Shown piece after piece: positions 24,435 to 32,000 of a stretch of DNA of 32,000 bases. The stretch's first letter is position 1; every line of letters starts with the position of its first letter. The DNA lies in NCBI GenBank assembly GCA_965228485.1, contig OZ245819.1, forward strand, positions 90,001 to 122,000. Reading direction: 5' to 3'. A program made the position numbers and the translations under genes. Origin of the DNA: Candidatus Saccharimonadota bacterium (GTDB taxonomy: Bacteria > Patescibacteriota > Gracilibacteria > UBA4473). Below the pieces are notes generated by a model that was not told where the DNA came from, did no database searches, and saw only the letters and a list, made by a program, of their open reading frames with translations.

Positions 24435-26597
24435 TTATTTTTTTCGTTTTCGAACTTTTGCACCAACCGTTTTCTTTTTGTGGTTGATACTTGACTCTGA
24501 CACTCCAAATAAATTTGGATTTTGCATTCCAGGGATAAGAATGAGTAGTCGAAGTAAATTTCGAGAAATTGTTACGGCTGTAAACATTGAAAGGAGTGTT
24601 CCAACAATTAATGTAATAGCGAATCCTTTTACTACAGAACTTCCCAGAGAGAAAAGAATAATACAAGTGATTAGTGTCGTTAGATTTGAGTCTCGAATAG
24701 CTGTCCAGGCTCTTTCAAACCCTAAATCAATGGCTTGGCTCAAGGTTCTCCCTCGTCGAAGTTCTTCTTTTAATCGTTCGAAGATAAGAATATTTCCATC
24801 AACCGCTAATCCAATAGATAGGGCGATACCAGCGGCACCTGCAAGAGTGAGAACGATTGGACCACCAAGAGATGTTGGCCAGACTTTTAGGAGGGTAATA
24901 AATAGTGCAGAGTAGAGAAGGAGGGCAATTGCAGCCACAATTCCTGGAATTCGATAGATCAAAATCATAAAGAGAATGGTTGCCGCTAGTCCTAATACTG
25001 CAGCTTTGATACTTTTATTTAGTTGATCAGCTCCAAGTTCGGCTTGAATTGTTGTTTGTCCACTAAGGATTACAGGCGCATCAATAGCCCCAAGATTCAG
25101 TCCATCGGATAATTCTTTGGCTTCTTCGTAGGTGAAACTTCCTGTGATTTGTGCGTTTCGACCTGAAATCTTTTCACTTACGTACGGAAGGCTAATCCAT
25201 TCACCTCCAACCTTAATTCCAAGTCTACAGTTTGTATTATTACATTGTTGAGCGGCTAACTGTTCTGTGATTTGAGCAAATAGCCTTCCACCTTCACTGT
25301 CGAATCTTAGATCAACGAGAGGACTTCCAACTTGGTCATATCCTACTCGAGCAATTTCTAGCTGTCCTCCTCCCAGCTCGGTTTCTGACCAGGTGATATC
25401 ATCTTTATTCCATGATAAAAGTTCGTACGTAACTTTTTTGGTTGGTTGAACGGCTGTCAGTTCTTTTTGTACAGCCTGCACATCAATAATGTGGAAACCA
25501 AAATCAGTTTCGATAACTTCCTCAATAAGTTGAGGTGTCTCCAGAGCAAAAACAGCATCATTAAAAGGTCCAACCATACTTCCTGGCTCGAATTCACCTA
25601 AATCTCCACCGCTTTCGGCTGATGGTCCAGTTGAAAATTCTTTTGCTAATTCTGCAAAATCTGCACCATCTTTAATTTGTTGTAAAATTTCTTCAGCTTT
25701 TGCTTGAGCTTCCTCTTTACTGGCATAAGGAAGTTCCTCAGGAGCTCTCATGGCTTCTGGATGAGCAATAAGAATATGTCGTGCAGTAGCTTTTGCTGGG
25801 GTGGTGCTTTCTTTATCTTCTTCTGTTACGGCTGTTAGTCGAGCAATCCCAAGCATATTTCGTGGAAATGGAGATCCTTCAATGGTTAGTTCACCAGACT
25901 CATTAACGGTAAAACTTGGTTGAATAGTAGTATCAACAATTTCTTGAAGGACTTCTCCTGGAGCTAGTGTTGCTAATTTTTTCCCGAGTTCAGCATCTTC
26001 CATTTCATCAAGGAAGACTGGTCCAAAACTTTCCAACAAAGCACCTCTTTGAACTACATATTCAGGAGCTTTTTGCTCCCAATTTTCAGCATTGATATCT
26101 GTAGTGAGCCACTCAGCAATTTCTAGTCGTTTTCCAACGATGGCTCCAGGGTCTTCAGCGTAGAACTCTAGTCGATTGTCTTTTTCGGCATCACTTTTTG
26201 CTTGTTCTACATTTGAAGAGGGTGGCATCTGGATGAGAATGTGTTCTTCATTATTGATCTGAGATCTTTTAACGATAATTTCTCCAATTCCTGCTGGATT
26301 CACCCTTCGCTCTAGAGAATCTCTTACCGATTCTGAAATATCATTAATACTTACATCATTGGTTGGATCATCATCATTGTTTTGAGTAAGAGCATCCGTA
26401 AGATCTATTTTATAGTCTAGCTCTGTTCCTCCAGCGAGGTCGAGACCAAGAGTAATTTTGAAATTTTCTAATCGTTGAACGATTGATGAATCGGATCCTG
26501 CTATTTGAGCAATCCAAGAAGACGGGACGCTAAACACTCCAGCAATAAGAGCGATTGCGATCACAAAGGCAAAACGGTTAAGGATCTGTTTTTTCAT
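24435..26597 (-). CDS. secD: Protein translocase subunit SecD with an inserted parvulin-type peptidyl-prolyl isomerase domain
   Basis: SecD blocks are present: LGLDLAGGTEL, the P1-head-like GSPLVDLRFDSEGGRLFAQIT...ITGSFTYEEAKELSDGLNLGA, and the TM block LAVDGNILIFERLKEE. Residues ~270-376 (25470-25790) read as a parvulin domain: ARHILIA..., GADFAELAKEFSTGPSAESGGDLGEF, MVGPFNDAVF, TDFGFHII. Confidence 0.9.
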   Translation of the reverse strand: MKKQILNRFAFVIAIALIAGVFSVPSSWIAQIAGSDSSIVQRLENFKITLGLDLAGGTELDYKIDLTDALTQNNDDDPTNDVSINDISESVRDSLERRVNPAGIGEIIVKRSQINNEEHILIQMPPSSNVEQAKSDAEKDNRLEFYAEDPGAIVGKRLEIAEWLTTDINAENWEQKAPEYVVQRGALLESFGPVFLDEMEDAELGKKLATLAPGEVLQEIVDTTIQPSFTVNESGELTIEGSPFPRNMLGIARLTAVTEEDKESTTPAKATARHILIAHPEAMRAPEELPYASKEEAQAKAEEILQQIKDGADFAELAKEFSTGPSAESGGDLGEFEPGSMVGPFNDAVFALETPQLIEEVIETDFGFHIIDVQAVQKELTAVQPTKKVTYELLSWNKDDITWSETELGGGQLEIARVGYDQVGSPLVDLRFDSEGGRLFAQITEQLAAQQCNNTNCRLGIKVGGEWISLPYVSEKISGRNAQITGSFTYEEAKELSDGLNLGAIDAPVILSGQTTIQAELGADQLNKSIKAAVLGLAATILFMILIYRIPGIVAAIALLLYSALFITLLKVWPTSLGGPIVLTLAGAAGIALSIGLAVDGNILIFERLKEELRRGRTLSQAIDLGFERAWTAIRDSNLTTLITCIILFSLGSSVVKGFAITLIVGTLLSMFTAVTISRNLLRLLILIPGMQNPNLFGVSESSINHKKKTVGAKVRKRKK

Positions 26598-26633
26598 GAG
26601 TATTTCGAAGTTATTCGTGGGTATTTCGGGGGG

Positions 26634-26661
26634 ATGTTACTAAATTTGTCAGGAGGGTCAA
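26634..26661 (-). promoter_or_regulatory. Candidate promoter for secDF
   Basis: On the minus strand: TTGACC (26661-26656), a 16-nt spacer, then TAACAT (26639-26634), about 35 nt upstream of the secD ATG. This is a sequence match only. Confidence 0.3.
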
Positions 26662-26809
26662 ATTCATTGGAAGATGTATTTTGTTTTCATTAAATATATA
26701 AGTATTACCCCTGAGAAAATCGCACAAAATGAAGCAAATGTTATCGGTGAAATATGAAGAGTTCTCCCAAAGTAGATTAGATGAGCTCCATTTAATAGAA
26801 GTGTTCAGA

Positions 26810-29105
<2,296 letters not shown>

Positions 29106-29115
29106 TCACTAAATG

Positions 29116-29124
29116 TGATATAAT
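29116..29124 (+). promoter_or_regulatory. Extended -10 element (TGaTATAAT) in the ligA / micro-ORF divergent spacer
   Basis: TGATATAAT spans 29116-29124, 30 nt upstream of the ATG at 29155. Confidence 0.35.
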
Positions 29125-29154
29125 ATCCAGATTTATTGAATTTTAAATCTTCAT

Positions 29155-29331
29155 ATGACTCGATTCTACCGAAAATTTTGGCATCGATCGAACAAAAACC
29201 AAGGGATTTTTGGTGGAAAGATTGCAAGTCATCAAGAGGTAAAAGCGCTGAATGATAAAATTAACAATCATGAAGCTCAAGAATTTGAAGCCTTTGAAGA
29301 GGAGTTCGATAAAGAACTGAAAGATTTATAA
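29155..29331 (+). CDS. Micro-ORF, 58 aa (basic N-terminus, acidic C-terminus); not in supplied ORF track
   Basis: My hand translation is MTRFYRKFWHRSNKNQGIFGGKIASHQEVKALNDKINNHEAQEFEAFEEEFDKELKDL, with a stop at 29329-29331. It is tightly packed with the following ORFs. Confidence 0.4.
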   Translation: MTRFYRKFWHRSNKNQGIFGGKIASHQEVKALNDKINNHEAQEFEAFEEEFDKELKDL

Positions 29332-29341
29332 CTTAAATTTT

Positions 29342-29443
29342 ATGGAGACTTCCTACCAAACGCTTTCGAATCGGGAAAAGTTAGAAATTTTATCTGAATT
29401 AGAAGTCAAACTTCTAGAACTTGTTAACAAAAATAACGCCTAA
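29342..29443 (+). CDS. Micro-ORF, 33 aa, helical; not in supplied ORF track
   Basis: My hand translation is METSYQTLSNREKLEILSELEVKLLELVNKNNA, with a stop at 29441-29443, 3 nt before the next ATG. Confidence 0.3.
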   Translation: METSYQTLSNREKLEILSELEVKLLELVNKNNA

Positions 29444-29446
29444 AAA

Positions 29447-31999
29447 ATGACAGGAAATATTCGACAGGCTATCGACAATATTGGAGCGGCTCAGGTTGAT
29501 TTTGATGGTGATCGAGATCAAGAGACGTTGAAGCAGCATGAAGCCACTAAAGAAGAACTAGATAAGCACTCACAAGGAGTGGAAGTGGCTGATAAAGATC
29601 TTCAAAATGCTGTTAAATCTTGTAAGGATTTAATAGAAAGCCTAAGAAGCTCAGGAGCAGATTCCACGGAAACAGAAGCTTCAATTCGTCAGGCTTTGCA
29701 AGAGGTCACAGGGGGGAATCAAGCGGAACTTGATTGGCTATTGAAAGAATCAGGTATTGATATCTCGAAATTAGATACCACTGGAGAGGCTAAATTTGGA
29801 TCGGATGATCTGCTTGGAGCTGTTGAGACTACCACAGAAGGGCCAGCGAGACATGAACAAATGTTTGCAATTCTTTCTGGTTTGAATGGAGCTTCTACTC
29901 AAGCTCAACAATTATTTTCTCAGGCACATTTTTCTCGTTATGAAACCTCGACTGATCCAGTAGAAAAACAAGGGGTTCTAGATGATTGGGTAACTTATAT
30001 TCAGAGTACTTTGGTTAAAGAGAGAGAGATGAAAGAACCTGAAAAAGCTTTGGTAACTGCAGCAGAAAAAGTACTAGCTGATTTGGATGGAATAACCACG
30101 GCTCCAGAAACAAGAGATGCGGGCAGAGATCAAGCACCAGAATCTACAGAAACAGTAGAGACTAACAAAGTTGCTATGGCGGCTCTTGCAGAGTTTCTTG
30201 GAGTTTCGGCTGATAGCCCTGAAGCGTTAAAGTCTGCTCTTTCGACAAAACTTCAAGCAGAAGGAGGGCCAAAAGCCGTTTTAGATTTTATAAGTGGTTT
30301 GAAAAATAATGCTTCTCTTATTTCTAGTTTAGCTGGGAAATTCCCTTTTTCAGAAACTGCAGTAAAACAAGCTTTTGAACAAGTTTCTAAAGCAGTTTTA
30401 GGAGATTTGCAAAATGATTTTAAAGACGGTGTTCCTGATAAGTTAGATAAAGAAAAAGCTGATAGGATGGCGGAAGGAGTTGTAGAAGGTTTAGATTCAT
30501 TAACACCAGATCAGCCAAATCCTTTTGAGATGCCTGATTGGGCGCCCGGGAAAGCTCAGGAGAGAATATCAGATTTATTTACCAATTTTCCAGATATTGT
30601 TTCCACTGATACAGAGCAGTTAACTACGGATAAAGTTGAAAAATATTTGAAAGGTATATTAGAGAAGGCTTTAAGTTCTAATGATGCTGACGCTTTAAGA
30701 AAGCTCGGTAGTGTGTTAGGATTCTCATTTAGTGAGACCGATCCTGAGAAACTTAAAACTCACATTAAAGAGAATGAATCTGAAATTATGAAAAGAATTG
30801 GTGAAGTTGCCAAAGAAGCAAATGGAAAAAGTAAGGCAGAAGCTCAACGAGAAGCTATTGAAGCCAATCAAGCAAAAGCAAGTGAGCTTATTGATCAAGC
30901 CGCTAAAGAGTTTCCAGAGCATGTGGGAACGCCTCGATGGGAGCGTTGGGTTAATAAGTTAGCGAATGGAGAAACACAAAAATCTTTTGCCGAATACTTA
31001 GCTGAAGATGAACCTGTGGAAGGTTTAGAAGTCATTATTTTAATGCTTAAAAAACTGTTTATGCAGTTTAAAAGTTTGATGGATAGCTTTGGTAAAAAAG
31101 AAGGAGAAACAACTCTTTCTGAACAGTTGCAAGCGGATGTAGATGCTGCAAAAGATAAAATTAAAAATGCTTATTTGGGTAGATTGGGAGAAGAGTTTGG
31201 TCTAACAGCTGAACAAGTTGAGGCTAATCGTGATGGATTAAGTTTTGTTAATGAGAATAGAGATTTATTGGGAGCTGTTCCTAATTTGAATATAGCAGGG
31301 ATGGATCTTAATGGAGATGGGCAGATTACTCCTGCTGAAAAAGTACAAACACTTCAGTCTATGTCGCCAGATCAAAGAGATGTATTAAAAACACTTCTTC
31401 GTTCAGTAGAACAAAAACCATACATGAAAGATGTATTACAGGCTGGATTGGATGGTACAACTATTGATGCCATTTATGATTTTGAATCTAATATGTCTGA
31501 AAAAGATAGAACTGCTGATATTAAAGTTGAAGGAGGAAATCTTGTGGTTAATGGGCAAACAGTAGAGTTGAAACCAGGTAACGATAACGCCATTAAAGAT
31601 TTATTAGAAGCAACTTTAAAAGATGAAGATGGAACTTTGACAACTGTAGAAAGAGATACTACGACAGTACGAAATAGTTTAGAACGTGGAGAAGTTAAAG
31701 GTGAAATTGAGCTTGATGGAGTTCATATAAAAGTTGGAAAGGAAGAACCTATTACTAAAGAATTCTTTGATAAAGCAAAAGCCGCATTGGGGGCTAATCC
31801 AGATTTAGCAAAAGCTTTAGAAGAAGGTTTATCATTAGCTACACTTGAGAAATTTATGAAAATTTTAGAAGACCCAAGAGCCGTGAAAGAGGAGTATGTC
31901 GAGTTTAGAAATGGATATATTAACCTAGATAGTTCAGAATGGTTTGAATGGAATGATGCCTTTGATTATGGCGGTAATTTATTAAGTAAAGAAGCACGT
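29447..31999 (+). CDS. Very large acidic hypothetical protein, 5' partial view (>851 aa, runs off the window); not in supplied ORF track
   Basis: I read this frame codon by codon from the ATG at 29447 to 31999 and found no stop. The product starts MTGNIRQAIDNIGAAQVDFDGDRDQ... It is rich in E/D/K/A/L and has no signal peptide or TM helix in the visible part. It contains one canonical EF-hand loop, DLNGDGQITPAE (31304-31339). The only track ORF here (30725..30922, minus) is antisense to it. Confidence 0.8.
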   Translation, partial: MTGNIRQAIDNIGAAQVDFDGDRDQETLKQHEATKEELDKHSQGVEVADKDLQNAVKSCKDLIESLRSSGADSTETEASIRQALQEVTGGNQAELDWLLKESGIDISKLDTTGEAKFGSDDLLGAVETTTEGPARHEQMFAILSGLNGASTQAQQLFSQAHFSRYETSTDPVEKQGVLDDWVTYIQSTLVKEREMKEPEKALVTAAEKVLADLDGITTAPETRDAGRDQAPESTETVETNKVAMAALAEFLGVSADSPEALKSALSTKLQAEGGPKAVLDFISGLKNNASLISSLAGKFPFSETAVKQAFEQVSKAVLGDLQNDFKDGVPDKLDKEKADRMAEGVVEGLDSLTPDQPNPFEMPDWAPGKAQERISDLFTNFPDIVSTDTEQLTTDKVEKYLKGILEKALSSNDADALRKLGSVLGFSFSETDPEKLKTHIKENESEIMKRIGEVAKEANGKSKAEAQREAIEANQAKASELIDQAAKEFPEHVGTPRWERWVNKLANGETQKSFAEYLAEDEPVEGLEVIILMLKKLFMQFKSLMDSFGKKEGETTLSEQLQADVDAAKDKIKNAYLGRLGEEFGLTAEQVEANRDGLSFVNENRDLLGAVPNLNIAGMDLNGDGQITPAEKVQTLQSMSPDQRDVLKTLLRSVEQKPYMKDVLQAGLDGTTIDAIYDFESNMSEKDRTADIKVEGGNLVVNGQTVELKPGNDNAIKDLLEATLKDEDGTLTTVERDTTTVRNSLERGEVKGEIELDGVHIKVGKEEPITKEFFDKAKAALGANPDLAKALEEGLSLATLEKFMKILEDPRAVKEEYVEFRNGYINLDSSEWFEWNDAFDYGGNLLSKEAR

Positions 32000-32000
32000 T

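Noticed and set aside
24397-24915. ORFs 24397..24666 (-) and 24478..24915 (+) across the secD 3' end and the secD-secF junction.
   Set aside because: They are off-frame or antisense to the strongly conserved SecD TM block, and their translations are not protein-like.
30725-30922. 65-aa minus-strand ORF, the only track entry after 29090.
   Set aside because: It is antisense to the long open plus-strand frame that starts at 29447. Its Phe/Leu/Cys-rich translation is typical of the complement of a Lys/Glu-rich gene.

Overview
The window is a gene-dense, low-GC bacterial chromosome segment. A hand-counted 60-nt line in pyrG is 40% G+C. The standard genetic code applies, because long housekeeping ORFs are intact with UGA as stop. 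Most of it is core machinery: glnA-like glutamine synthetase, truB, rpsB, tsf, nth, an M23 peptidase, a DHOD-like flavoenzyme, rpsA, ylxR, ruvB, pyrG, lgt, ung, secDF and ligA. The tiny intergenic spacers, abutting or overlapping convergent stop codons and near-absence of Shine-Dalgarno sequences suggest a streamlined, CPR/Patescibacteria-like genome, but that is inference only. I found no rRNA, tRNA, CRISPR array, transposase or recognisable defence system. Five things stand out. (1) SecD carries a complete parvulin-type PPIase domain inside its periplasmic loop. (2) A ~1.35 kb G+C-rich island (hand-counted lines 52% and 62%) carries a lone, intact FabB-like ketoacyl-ACP synthase with its own AGGAGG RBS and GC-stem terminator, inserted between ruvB and pyrG. 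(3) A long ORF open from 29447 to the window end (>850 aa, acidic, with one perfect EF-hand loop) and two preceding micro-ORFs are missing from the supplied ORF track. (4) An ApbE flavin-transferase locus has the lipoprotein signal/linker separated from the catalytic domain by a single in-frame TAA, has a C8 tract in the linker, and sits next to an FMN-reductase::6-TM fusion. (5) There are two further proteins without a recognisable domain architecture: a 926-aa ORFan and a protein with two GspF/PilC-N-terminus-like modules. All functional calls rest on motif recognition by eye; no searches were run.
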